64,000 nt of DNA from assembly GCA_044225995.1 (NCBI GenBank), contig JBGAHV010000013.1, positions 7,319 through 71,318 on the forward strand, given 5' to 3'. Position 1 is the first letter of the stretch; every line of letters begins with the position of its first letter. Under the pieces are notes generated by a model that did no database searches, was not told the origin of the DNA, and worked only from the letters and a program-made list of their open reading frames with translations. Position numbers and translations under genes: made by a program. Positions 44,912-55,113 of this stretch are shown one piece after another. The stretch comes from Ferruginibacter sp. (GTDB lineage: Bacteria; Bacteroidota; Bacteroidia; Chitinophagales; Chitinophagaceae).

Positions 44912-45967
44912 TTAGTTTTTTACTGCTACAGTTGCTGCTGCTACAACAGGGTTTGCTTTAGCAGTATCTGTTGTGGCTTTAGGGGCGGTTTCAGGGAGCA
45001 CTGTCCACATTTCTGGTTTTTGTTGTGCCAGCCATGCTTTGTATTCAGCTTCAGTCTCCACAATAATTACACCACGCATGGAAAAGTGGCCCTTACCGCA
45101 CATTTGATCACAGGCAATTTCGTACGTGAAATCAGGGTTGCCGGTCCGCTTCTTCATTTCTTCTGTAGTGTATTTAGGAGTAAACCACTGCGTTGTAGGT
45201 ATACCGGGTACCGCATCCATTTTCATTCTGAAGTGAGGCAATCCCACATCATGAATTACATCCTGCGCATTTATCACCATCTTAATTGGTTTGCCAACTG
45301 GTATATGCATCGTACCGGAAACATGAATATCATCGAAGCTGGCAGGATCATTAAAATCAACACCAAGGTTGTTAACTCCGGTAGTGAGTTTGAAGTTTTT
45401 TTGACCAAGTACTTTATCTGCACCCGGATAGCGGAATTCCCAACCAAACTGGTGACCGGTTACTTCCACAACGATGGCATCTTTCGGAGCATCGCCTGTT
45501 ACCTTAAACCATGCACGTAAACCGAAAGCTACCAGAACGCAAAGTGTAATTGCCGGAATAGTAGTCCATATTAATTCCAGTTTTGTGCTGTGCGCAAAAT
45601 AAAAGGCTTTACGGTTATCACTTTCCTGGTATTTATATGCAAACCAAAAAAGGGCAATTTGAGTAATAAAGAAAACAAGACCGGTTACGGCTGTGGTAAT
45701 GGCAAACATAAGGTCATAGCTTTCTCCTTCTACTGAAGCAGAACCTTGTGGAATGAGTGTTTTGCCGTAATACAGGTCATTACAGTACCACACACCAATA
45801 AGACCCAGCACCAAAAAGCTGATGAGCAAAAATGCATTTATCTTATTGTTTTGCCTGCGTGTTTTTTCTTCACCTTTTAAAACACTCACATATTCACTTG
45901 CTTTTGCAATCTGGAAAATGACTACAAAAACCAAAGCTCCCAAAGCAACCAGTAAAAACTCCTTCAT
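44912..45967 (-). CDS. ctaC: Cytochrome c oxidase subunit II (CuA domain, no fused cytochrome c)
   Basis: 351 aa with the CuA ligands in VIHDVGLPHF and CDQMCGKGHFSM. The ORF contains no CxxCH. Confidence 0.9.
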   Translation of the reverse strand: MKEFLLVALGALVFVVIFQIAKASEYVSVLKGEEKTRRQNNKINAFLLISFLVLGLIGVWYCNDLYYGKTLIPQGSASVEGESYDLMFAITTAVTGLVFFITQIALFWFAYKYQESDNRKAFYFAHSTKLELIWTTIPAITLCVLVAFGLRAWFKVTGDAPKDAIVVEVTGHQFGWEFRYPGADKVLGQKNFKLTTGVNNLGVDFNDPASFDDIHVSGTMHIPVGKPIKMVINAQDVIHDVGLPHFRMKMDAVPGIPTTQWFTPKYTTEEMKKRTGNPDFTYEIACDQMCGKGHFSMRGVIIVETEAEYKAWLAQQKPEMWTVLPETAPKATTDTAKANPVVAAATVAVKN

Positions 45968-46050
45968 GATTCAAAGTTATTATCAGTAATAGTATTCTAA
46001 TATCCGTGTTCTGTTCAAAATCAATATCAGCATTTATTGTTTTGCTGCTA

Positions 46051-47325
46051 TTATGTATGATGTATCATACTCTCCTTTAAGAAAGGATGATTTTTTGCCA
46101 GTAAAGAATGGCTGCTTAAATATTTGCCTGCACCCCACATAATTAAACCAATAAACAGGCATGGCACACCAAATTCAAACCAGGACATGTGTGCATTTTC
46201 ATGCAGTGTACCTGGCATTACCATTTGATAAAAATCTATCCAGTGGCCAAAAATTATCAGTACTGCCATAATTGTAAGCATTGTCCAGTTACGCTTTGTA
46301 CCCCGTTTCATCAATATAAGCAACGGACAAATAAAATTTAAAATAAGATTCAGGAAAAAGATGCCGTGGTAAGGCCCTGACTTTTGAGCGGTACCAATTC
46401 GCTCAACAAAATATTTGGTTTCTTCCGGTTGGTTACTGTACCATATCAGCATATACTGAGAGAACCACAGGTACGTCCAGAAGATTGAGAATGCAAACAT
46501 GAATTTACCAACATCATGCAGGTGTTCTTCTGTTACGTATTCAAGTTGTCCTTTATTCTTCAGGTAAACAACAAAAATTGCTATAAGTGACATGCCCGAC
46601 ACAAATGTGCTTGCAAATGTGTACCAGCTGTACATGGTGCTGTACCAGTGTGCATCAATACTCATTAACCATAGCCAGGGAATAGTAGATGCAACAGTTA
46701 AAGTAAACACCACGCTGAACAGGGAAGCGTATACCGTATTCGTCCAGATCCATTTTTTTCCTGTTTCATAATCCATGTGCCCGTTTTCATCGCTTTGAAG
46801 GCTAAGGCTTCTCATTTTCTTTCCTAATAACCACCACAGGAAAATGGTGATCCCTGACCATACAAGGAAAAATGTTGGGTTTAAGAATCCCTTTTTACCA
46901 TTAAGTATTGTGTCTGCTGCAACAGCATCTTTATCCAGCCAGTGATAAATATCGGTACGATGACCAAAAACCAATGCCAGTAAAACAATAAAATGTACAA
47001 CACCTAAAATAGGAACTACGCTTGATATAGCTTCCGGTACACGGCGCAACGCAACCTGCCAGCCACCCATGGCCATTGTAGTAACGCAAATAAAAAACAT
47101 ACTGGCATTAACCACCAGCAACCAGAAAACGCTGTTTTGAAGCAGTACAGCCCAAAAGCGGGTGCTACTTACATCTGCATGTCCTTCTGCACCAGCCGCA
47201 TGATGTGCAGGTGCTTCAAAAGGATGCAGAAAAATTAATCCGCACAGCAACGCTACTGCACCGGCTATAATCAGGCCATAAGTCCACTTTTTATAACTGC
47301 CCGGTAATTCAAATTGGTGATTCAT
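46051..47325 (-). CDS. actF: Alternative complex III subunit ActF-like (quinol:cytochrome c oxidoreductase membrane subunit)
   Basis: 424 aa with about 10 TM helices. It is NrfD-like but diverged, and it occupies the sixth position of an actABCDEF-ordered cluster. Confidence 0.7.
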   Translation of the reverse strand: MNHQFELPGSYKKWTYGLIIAGAVALLCGLIFLHPFEAPAHHAAGAEGHADVSSTRFWAVLLQNSVFWLLVVNASMFFICVTTMAMGGWQVALRRVPEAISSVVPILGVVHFIVLLALVFGHRTDIYHWLDKDAVAADTILNGKKGFLNPTFFLVWSGITIFLWWLLGKKMRSLSLQSDENGHMDYETGKKWIWTNTVYASLFSVVFTLTVASTIPWLWLMSIDAHWYSTMYSWYTFASTFVSGMSLIAIFVVYLKNKGQLEYVTEEHLHDVGKFMFAFSIFWTYLWFSQYMLIWYSNQPEETKYFVERIGTAQKSGPYHGIFFLNLILNFICPLLILMKRGTKRNWTMLTIMAVLIIFGHWIDFYQMVMPGTLHENAHMSWFEFGVPCLFIGLIMWGAGKYLSSHSLLAKNHPFLKESMIHHT

Positions 47326-47354
47326 CTAAACTTTATTTTGCGTTAATAGTGTTA

Positions 47355-48026
47355 TTATTTTTTTACAGTTGCTGCGCTGTCTGCCTTTGCAGGTGCTGCA
47401 GTAACTGCTGCAGGGGTCATTGCTGTTTTGGGTTGTAACGAACGGATGTAGTGTACAATCATCCAGCGTTGTTTCCTGCTTAATTGTGATGCGTAGCTGC
47501 CCATGTTGTTCTGGCCATACGTCATTACATGAAAAATTCTTCCGTCGCTGAAACCAGGTGTGGTTGCTGTACCGGTTGCAGCTGCAATAATACTTTTTAC
47601 ACCGCCGATTTTAGCCGCTACAGGTCCATTGGCTTCTGCTTTTGCACCATGACATACTGCACAGTTAATATTAAAAAGCCTTGATGCTTCTAAACTGTCT
47701 TCTGTACTTAATGCGGGCAGCGGATTTTTTACTAATGCGCTCAGGTTGATTAAACCATTGCTGTCATTAGGTACAGTATAAGGCGGCAATTCGCCCCTGC
47801 GCATTGTGCCATTTACAGGAAGGCTGTTATAAAATATCTTATGACCAGCCTGTGCAGGGTCTGTAGTAAATATGGTCGAGTCGTGCAAAGCGTATGTTTC
47901 ATATGCACGGCTGTAAGCCATATCGGGCATATATACTTTACCGGGCTCACGCTTGCTGTCGCAGCTTACCATAGCAACAACTGTTGTTAAAATAAGTGCT
48001 GATATTATTACGGTCTTTTTCATCAA
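47355..48026 (-). CDS. actE: Alternative complex III mono-heme cytochrome c lipoprotein, ActE-like
   Basis: 223 aa with the lipobox MVSC and a single CAVCHG heme motif. The C-terminal tail is Ala/Thr-rich. Confidence 0.75.
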   Translation of the reverse strand: MMKKTVIISALILTTVVAMVSCDSKREPGKVYMPDMAYSRAYETYALHDSTIFTTDPAQAGHKIFYNSLPVNGTMRRGELPPYTVPNDSNGLINLSALVKNPLPALSTEDSLEASRLFNINCAVCHGAKAEANGPVAAKIGGVKSIIAAATGTATTPGFSDGRIFHVMTYGQNNMGSYASQLSRKQRWMIVHYIRSLQPKTAMTPAAVTAAPAKADSAATVKK

Positions 48027-48056
48027 TCAGTAATCGGTTAAAACAATTATCAATTA

Positions 48057-48647
48057 TTAATAGCCTTTTTCTTCTTTATATAACTTTTGCTCTTTATCGT
48101 AGCGGCCAATCCACCAGCCGGTTTCTGCACTTTCAATTTTTGTTTCCACAGCGCCGGCGCCTTTTAAAAATCCTTCCACATCTGCATCATTGGTTTTATC
48201 TGTGCACTCAATAGCCATTACAAACAAATCATCGGTAGCTCTTGGATGAAAATGGTGTTTTTTTACAAACGGTGCCAGGTTACAGAGGTAACAAAATGTA
48301 AGCACCATACCAACTGCCGAAAACAACACAGTAAGCTCAAATGTTATAGGAATCCAGGCGGGCACGGCGAAATGTGGCTTACCACCAATATTTAAAGGCC
48401 AGTCGCTTGTAAAAACCCAGCTTATAAAAGTAAGTGCCGTAGTAGTACCGGTAATAGCATATATAAAACCGGCTGTATGCAGGCTTGTTTCCCTTAAGCC
48501 CATGGCATGATCCAATCCATGCACAGGAAAGGGCGTATATACATCATGAATTTTGTACCCTGCTTTGCGAACGTTCTTCACAGCAGGAAACAACGTTTTC
48601 TCGTCATCAAAACAGGCTACCACAAATTTTTTAATTCCTCCGGCCAT
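48057..48647 (-). CDS. actD: Alternative complex III subunit ActD-like (DUF3341)
   Basis: 196 aa with an N-terminal soluble part (FDDEKTLFPAVKNVRKAGYKIHDVYTPFPVHGL) followed by two TM helices. The position fits ActD. Confidence 0.75.
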   Translation of the reverse strand: MAGGIKKFVVACFDDEKTLFPAVKNVRKAGYKIHDVYTPFPVHGLDHAMGLRETSLHTAGFIYAITGTTTALTFISWVFTSDWPLNIGGKPHFAVPAWIPITFELTVLFSAVGMVLTFCYLCNLAPFVKKHHFHPRATDDLFVMAIECTDKTNDADVEGFLKGAGAVETKIESAETGWWIGRYDKEQKLYKEEKGY

Positions 48648-48682
48648 AATATTTAAATTCTATTTTTTATAAATTCTAAATT

Positions 48683-50134
48683 CTAATGTGCGTGTGCCAC
48701 TTCTTCAATATAAAACTTCTCTGAATCGGCTTTTTCCTGCTCGGTCATTTTTGCCTTATAATTTTCTCCCGTTGTTTTCAGTACATGTTTAATCTCTGCA
48801 ATGGCAATAACGGGGAAGTATTTTGCAAACAGGAAGAAACAGGTAAAGAACAATCCGAAAGTACCGAGGTAGAAACCAATTTCCCAAATGGTGGGGCTGT
48901 AATAAGTACTCCAGCTTGATGGCAAAAAGTCACGGTAAGTAGAGGTTACAATAATTACAAAACGTTCGAACCACATACCGATGTTAACGATAATGCTCAT
49001 AAAGAATGTTACTGTAATGTTCCTGCGCAGCTTACGGCTCCAGAACAACTGTGGTGAAACCACGTTACAGAACATCATCAGGTAATAACTCCATCCATAA
49101 GGGCTGAAGAGGTTGCCGCGGTTTTGGAAGAATGCCCACAATTCGTATGGATTTTGGCCATACCAGGCAATAAATAATTCGGTTAAGTATGCACAACCCA
49201 CAATACTGCCTGTAAGCACAATCACCTTGTTCATGGCTTCAATGTGGCCAAGGGTTATATAGTCCTGCATATTAAACACTTTACGCACAACAATCATCAG
49301 TGTTTGCACCATCGCAAAACCAGAGAAGATGGCACCCGCAACAAAGTAAGGCGGGAAGATAGTGGTATGCCATCCCGGAACAACGGATGTGGCAAAGTCA
49401 AAAGATACTATCGTGTGCACTGATAATACCAGCGGTGTACTCAAACCTGCCAGTACCAATGAAAGTGATTCGTGGCGCTGCCAGTGTTTAGTGCTTCCTG
49501 TCCATCCAAAAGAAGCCACGCCATACAATAATTTGCGGAGTTTTGTTTTGGCCCTGTCTCTTACTGTTGCCAGATCCGGAATTAAACCAGAATACCAGAA
49601 TAATAATGAAACGGTAAAATAAGTTGATATCGCAAACACATCCCACAACAATGGTGAGTTAAAGTTCACCCACAACGGACCTCTTGTATTTGGATAAGGA
49701 AGTACAAAGAAGGCCATCCACACACGGCCCATATGCCAAATGGGAAATTGACCAGCGCACATTACCGCAAAAATGGTCATCGCTTCTGCAGCACGGTTTA
49801 CACCTGTTCTCCATCCCTGGCGGAACAGCAACAGGATTGCGGAGATCAAAGTACCGGCATGACCAATACCCACCCACCATACGAAGTTGGTGATATCCCA
49901 ACCCCAGCCGATGGTTTTATTCAGGTTCCATTGACCAATACCGTAAGTAACCTCCCGGTAAACACTGTACACACCAAACAGCAGCAAGCCTACGCTGATC
50001 CAAAAACCAATATACCAGAGGCGGCTTGGTTTGGCCTCAATAGGACGTACAATATCTTCCGTTACCTGGTGATAGTTTTTGTCACCATCAACCAGTGGTT
50101 CCCTTAATTGCGATTCGTACTTTAATAATGACAT
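48683..50134 (-). CDS. actC: Alternative complex III quinol-binding membrane subunit ActC (NrfD/PsrC family)
   Basis: It has about 10 TM helices in the NrfD-family pattern. The tracked ORF starts at a TTG (50149). The first ATG (MSLLKYES) is at 50134. Confidence 0.85.
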   Translation of the reverse strand: MSLLKYESQLREPLVDGDKNYHQVTEDIVRPIEAKPSRLWYIGFWISVGLLLFGVYSVYREVTYGIGQWNLNKTIGWGWDITNFVWWVGIGHAGTLISAILLLFRQGWRTGVNRAAEAMTIFAVMCAGQFPIWHMGRVWMAFFVLPYPNTRGPLWVNFNSPLLWDVFAISTYFTVSLLFWYSGLIPDLATVRDRAKTKLRKLLYGVASFGWTGSTKHWQRHESLSLVLAGLSTPLVLSVHTIVSFDFATSVVPGWHTTIFPPYFVAGAIFSGFAMVQTLMIVVRKVFNMQDYITLGHIEAMNKVIVLTGSIVGCAYLTELFIAWYGQNPYELWAFFQNRGNLFSPYGWSYYLMMFCNVVSPQLFWSRKLRRNITVTFFMSIIVNIGMWFERFVIIVTSTYRDFLPSSWSTYYSPTIWEIGFYLGTFGLFFTCFFLFAKYFPVIAIAEIKHVLKTTGENYKAKMTEQEKADSEKFYIEEVAHAH

Positions 50135-50219
50135 ATCTCGTAAAGTCAAAAGTGAAAAGTCAAAAAAAATGAATTTTAATCTTCCCGCTTTTTGGTTTTG
50201 AATTTTGAATTTTTACTTA

Positions 50220-53200
50220 TTATGCTTTTGCTTTTTCCTCTTTCTTAGCTTCTTGTTTTTCTCCTTCTTCACCACCCAATTTCCTGTCTGTGTTTCTAAC
50301 TTTAGCCAGGTAACTTACGTTTGGTAATACGTGCAGCTGCTCCATTACATAGAATGAACGGTGCTTTTGCTCCACGTGGCGTATTTTATAAACGTCACTC
50401 TCTTTATCATTCACATTACCAAAGCTGATGGCGTTAGTAGGACAAGCCTGCATACAAGCTGTTTTTACATTGCGTACCAATGAAGGATCTTGTGCTTTTT
50501 TCGCATTCAGTTTATTTTCCTGCAAACGCTGTACGCAGAAAGAACACTTTTCAATTACACCACGTGAACGTACAGTAACATCAGGATTCAGTACCATACG
50601 GGTAAGATCCTCGTTCATTTGCATTACTGATTCATTCATGTATGAACCAATCAGCGGTTCCTGGTTGTCAGGGAAACTGTCAGCTCCTGTATAATCTAAC
50701 CAGTTAAAGCGGCGTACTTTATAAGGACAGTTGTTGGCGCAATACCTTGTACCAATACAACGGTTATAAGTCATTTGGTTTAACCCTTCGCTGCTGTGGT
50801 TGGTAGCAGCTACCGGGCAAACGTTTTCGCAAGGCGCATTATCGCAATGCTGGCACATCATGGGCTGAAACACCACATCTGGATTATGTAAATCACCAGT
50901 GAAATAACGGTCAATACGCAGCCAGTGCATTTCATGATAACGTTGTACCTGGATTTTACCAACAACACTTACGTTATTTTCAGCTGTACAAGCCACCACG
51001 CAGGCGCTGCAACCAGTACAAGTATTTAAATCAATGCTCATTCCCCATTTGATACCTGGTTTTTCTTCCATGTTATCGGGGTAAATGGTGGCATCTTTTC
51101 TATAATCAGTACTGCCGTTAGCGGTGGTGTTTAATTTTTCTTCTGTTATCTCTTCTAAAACAGCTTCTGGGTTAGCAGTAAAGCTGGCAAGTGTTGTTTC
51201 ATAAATAACAGGGCGGTTTTCATTAGAACCGTGTACCTGTGTTTGCGCCAACGGATAAGTATTACCGGTTTTTTCAACGGTTACCGCACCTGAGTAAATG
51301 TTAGTTACACCGTCGAATGTTACAAGCCCGTAAGCGTTTTTACCTGCCCCATTTGCAGAGCGGCCAATATTTGCTTCTGTTTTTGAAGCATCAGCACTTT
51401 GACGGCCATAGCCAACTGCAATTGCAATAGTATCTTTCTGTACACCGGGAATTAATAATACAGGCAGTTCAATAGGCTCTTTCCCTTTTATGGTAACTTT
51501 TACAACAGGCTTTTCAGGATGTACTTCGTATGCGTCTGATGCGCCTTTGTCTTCAACCACATCTTTACTGTACAGTGCTTTGTACATTTCTGTACCCATC
51601 ATCACATAGTTGTCCCAGGTTACTTTACTAACCGGGTCTGGTAATTCCTGTAACCAGGGGTTATTAGCCTGGCTGCCGTTACCAATAGAAACTTTTTGAT
51701 AAAGTACCACTTCTGTTTCCCCTCCGGCGGTTGCACTTGCTTTTGCTGTTGCTTCAGCCAGTTTTGCGTTGCTGAATATAGCAGTACCTAACGAAGGGGT
51801 GGCTGGTTCAACAACACCATCCTGCAATGCTTTATTAAAATTATCTGTACCGCCTAATTTTTCGGTCCAGTATGTTTTAAAGTAAGTTTCATAATCAGCT
51901 ACTGTGCTTCCGCTCCATTTTAATAAAGATGTTTGGAATGCACGTGTTTTAAACAGCGGGTTAATGGTAGGCTGCATAAAACTCAGGTAGCCTGATTTAG
52001 GTTCTGCATCACCCCAGCTTTCTAACCAATGGTTTGCCGGCAGAACGTATTTGCAAAGCTCAGTGGTTTCATCCATGGTGCCGTTAAAAGAAACACCCAC
52101 CACTTTATTTAAACCATCGGCAAATTTCTTTTTATCAGCATAAGAATAGGCAGGGTTAGCGCCATATACCAGCACCGCACCAACAGCACCGCTGTTCATG
52201 TCGTTTACCAGCGTGTTCATGTCGGCATCTATACCTTTACGGTAATTAGAAGTTAATGCCCAGTTGATTGTTTTACCAACGGCGCCAACTGCTTCGTTGA
52301 TGGCGTTTACAACCACCTGTATATTTACATCATTGCTTCCGCTTACCACCAATGCATTACCACCGGCAGCTTTCAATGCGTCAGCAGCTTTTTTAATGCC
52401 TTCATTCAGTTTGGCATCTTTCAATGCAGGTGCTGTGCCGTTTATTGCATTTAATAAAGCCGTTGCAACCGCTCCGGTTTCTGATGGTTTGTGCAGGTAA
52501 CGGTCATCTGCATTACTACCAGTTAAACTCAGCATGCTTTCAAAATGAAAATGGCGGCTTAACTCAGGTTTTTCACCGGTAATTTTCCTGTTTACTGAAT
52601 ATTGCTTTGCAAATTCAACAGGGCTCAGCCATGTACCAAGGAAGTCAGCAGCAAGACTAACAATTACTTTTGCATTATCAAAATGGTAAGAAGGAATGGC
52701 CCTTTTACCATAAGTCGCTTCGTTGGCCAATAACATACCACTGTAACTTACAGCATCATACTGTACGTGGCGGCTGTTGGGATATTTTGCCAGGAAATCT
52801 GTAATAATTTGTTGCGTGGAAGGGGAGTTTACTGTACCGGTTAATAACACAACAGTCTTACCGGCAATAGCAGCTCCCACCATTTTATCAAATGCATCAA
52901 AACTGGTAACTTCTTTAAAGTCTTTTCCATCTTTTTGCATGGGGTAACGAAGGCGGGTGTTATCGTATAAGTCCAGCACACTTGCCTGTGCCTGTGCACT
53001 TGTACCTCCTTTTGTAATACCAGACAATTCGTTTCCTTCAATTTTAATAGGGCGGCCTTCTCTTTGTTTTACTACAACCGAAATCACATCTCCGCCATTA
53101 ACATAAGTAGAAGCATAGTAGTTAGCCACACCGGGAATTACGTCATCGGGCTTTTGCAAATAAGGAACTGCTTTACGTACCGGCATTTCGCAACTGGCAG

Positions 53201-53390
53201 CAACTGCAGCAGCGGCTGTACTAAAACCGAGATACTTCAAAAAGTCCCTGCGGGGAGTTTTAGCATCTAAAATACCTTTATCATCAAGGTCTGCCAACGG
53301 CAGCAACTCTTCTTTAAACTCATTTTGAGCCGACTGTTTGAAATTCTCAGTCTGATTCAATTCTCCAAAACTTTGCCAGTATTTTTTCAT
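50220..53390 (-). CDS. actB: Alternative complex III subunit ActB (molybdopterin-oxidoreductase-like domain fused to a 4Fe-4S ferredoxin-like domain)
   Basis: 1056 aa with a Tat signal (RRDFLKYLGFSTAAAAVAA). C-terminal Fe-S motifs are CTGCSACVVAC, CQHCDNAPCENVCP, CIGTRYCANNCP and CMQACP. Confidence 0.85.
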   Translation of the reverse strand: MKKYWQSFGELNQTENFKQSAQNEFKEELLPLADLDDKGILDAKTPRRDFLKYLGFSTAAAAVAASCEMPVRKAVPYLQKPDDVIPGVANYYASTYVNGGDVISVVVKQREGRPIKIEGNELSGITKGGTSAQAQASVLDLYDNTRLRYPMQKDGKDFKEVTSFDAFDKMVGAAIAGKTVVLLTGTVNSPSTQQIITDFLAKYPNSRHVQYDAVSYSGMLLANEATYGKRAIPSYHFDNAKVIVSLAADFLGTWLSPVEFAKQYSVNRKITGEKPELSRHFHFESMLSLTGSNADDRYLHKPSETGAVATALLNAINGTAPALKDAKLNEGIKKAADALKAAGGNALVVSGSNDVNIQVVVNAINEAVGAVGKTINWALTSNYRKGIDADMNTLVNDMNSGAVGAVLVYGANPAYSYADKKKFADGLNKVVGVSFNGTMDETTELCKYVLPANHWLESWGDAEPKSGYLSFMQPTINPLFKTRAFQTSLLKWSGSTVADYETYFKTYWTEKLGGTDNFNKALQDGVVEPATPSLGTAIFSNAKLAEATAKASATAGGETEVVLYQKVSIGNGSQANNPWLQELPDPVSKVTWDNYVMMGTEMYKALYSKDVVEDKGASDAYEVHPEKPVVKVTIKGKEPIELPVLLIPGVQKDTIAIAVGYGRQSADASKTEANIGRSANGAGKNAYGLVTFDGVTNIYSGAVTVEKTGNTYPLAQTQVHGSNENRPVIYETTLASFTANPEAVLEEITEEKLNTTANGSTDYRKDATIYPDNMEEKPGIKWGMSIDLNTCTGCSACVVACTAENNVSVVGKIQVQRYHEMHWLRIDRYFTGDLHNPDVVFQPMMCQHCDNAPCENVCPVAATNHSSEGLNQMTYNRCIGTRYCANNCPYKVRRFNWLDYTGADSFPDNQEPLIGSYMNESVMQMNEDLTRMVLNPDVTVRSRGVIEKCSFCVQRLQENKLNAKKAQDPSLVRNVKTACMQACPTNAISFGNVNDKESDVYKIRHVEQKHRSFYVMEQLHVLPNVSYLAKVRNTDRKLGGEEGEKQEAKKEEKAKA

Positions 53391-53481
53391 AATCTGCTAG
53401 TATGCTAGTTTGCTGATGTTCTAATGGAAAGCTTTTATTGAACAATCCATTATCAATTATCTGTTATTATCAGTTTTGTTT

Positions 53482-54792
53482 TTAGTAATGGCACCTTTGA
53501 CATTCTGTGCCGCCAACTTTTTCTACTGTAACGCTGTCTAATTTATGCGGATTTGCCACTTTAATTCCATCTTTATCCAGCACTGAGTCTGCCATCTGGT
53601 TATAGAATTTCTGATAAATGCTGTTATAATATTTGTTGCCTCCGTCTTTACTGAAATCCACCTTGGTTTCCCTGTGACAGTTTACACACCATCCCATGCT
53701 TAATGTACTAAACTGGTACACTTCATTCATCTCCTGAATATTGCCGTGGCAGGTTTGGCATTGCTGCTTGCCTACTTTTACGTGCTGGCTGTGGTTAAAA
53801 TATACGTGGTCGGGCAGGTTGTGAATTTTTACCCATTCAATTGGTTGAGCGCCGTCTGGTAAGCCATCTCCATTAGTGTCAGGATTATATTGCTTGGTAG
53901 TTGGGTTCCAGCCAGCGTATGCATATAATTTCTGAATTTCTGCTGTACCATCAACTGCCACGCCATCTTCCCTAACCAGTTTATCTTCGCCTTCATACTT
54001 ATTAATTCCCTTATGGCAGTTCATACAAACATTTACAGAAGGAATGTTGGCATGCTTACTGTCTTGTGCACCGCCATGGCAATACAAACAGCTTATTTGA
54101 TTAGTACCGGCATGTACTTTATGAGAGTAGTAAATTGGTTGAACAGGCTGGTAGCCCTGCATACGGCCCAGGCCAATAGCACCGTTTATGGTATAATAGC
54201 CGCCTACTGCAAAAAGCACCAGTATGCCTACCATTATGTAAGATTTATTTTTGTAGAAAGGAACCGGTTCGCTACGGCGGATACCCTCACGCTCATCGGA
54301 TAATTTGCGGAGGTTGCTGTTAACCTGTAATAATATAAATCCAACCAGCGCTAAAACTAAAGTGAGGATGCCGAAGATGAGAGAACTGTCGCCTTCCGGG
54401 GCAGTTGTAGTTGTTGGTGTTTTCCCATCTCCACCGGGAGTGTATTTATCAGCCCAGTCAAGTATTGCTGTAATCTCTTCTTTTTTTAATTGTGGAAAGG
54501 GCGTCATTACTGAACCAAATTTGGCCTTAAGTCCTTTTGCATAAGGATCACTTTCAACCATACTGGTTGTATTGGCAACCCATTTAAACACCCAGTCTTT
54601 ATCTGGCTCCCTGTCTCTTGCACCTTTTAGTGCCGGGCCTGTAAAGTCTTTATCAGGCTTATGACAGCTGGAACAGTTTGCTTTAAACAATGCCTGTCCA
54701 TCCTGCGCAAAAACACCGGAAGAAACAGAAAGCAATGCAATAAAGAAAAGGGCAGATAATATTCTCCTAAAGAAATTTCGGTAGCAGCTCAT
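53482..54792 (-). CDS. actA: Alternative complex III multiheme cytochrome c subunit ActA with an extra N-terminal mono-heme domain
   Basis: 436 aa with six CxxCH motifs: CSSCH in the N-terminal class I-like domain, then CLYCH, CMNCH, CQTCH, CVNCH and CQRCH. Two TM helices separate the two parts. Confidence 0.85.
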   Translation of the reverse strand: MSCYRNFFRRILSALFFIALLSVSSGVFAQDGQALFKANCSSCHKPDKDFTGPALKGARDREPDKDWVFKWVANTTSMVESDPYAKGLKAKFGSVMTPFPQLKKEEITAILDWADKYTPGGDGKTPTTTTAPEGDSSLIFGILTLVLALVGFILLQVNSNLRKLSDEREGIRRSEPVPFYKNKSYIMVGILVLFAVGGYYTINGAIGLGRMQGYQPVQPIYYSHKVHAGTNQISCLYCHGGAQDSKHANIPSVNVCMNCHKGINKYEGEDKLVREDGVAVDGTAEIQKLYAYAGWNPTTKQYNPDTNGDGLPDGAQPIEWVKIHNLPDHVYFNHSQHVKVGKQQCQTCHGNIQEMNEVYQFSTLSMGWCVNCHRETKVDFSKDGGNKYYNSIYQKFYNQMADSVLDKDGIKVANPHKLDSVTVEKVGGTECQRCHY

Positions 54793-55113
54793 ACAGTTAT
54801 CGGGGCTAATGTGGAAAAATTTCCTGATTCAGGCGCAAAAATACATTACCACGCCCATAATATATCAACATTGTTAAAATTTTTTTTTGCCCGTCTGACG
54901 TGGGTTTCAGCGGTTTGTGGCAGTTTTATTACAGTATTTGTCATATATCTGTAAACAGTATATTGCCGTTTGCTTAACCCTGTGTATAAAGCAGATTACC
55001 ATAACAGGTATGCCGCCGTTTTTACATTAAGCTTTAGGTTTATGGGTGCTGCCAAAAAATTTATTTGCCGCATATAATAAACATGTAACTGTTTTTTGAA
55101 GCACTTTTGCCGC

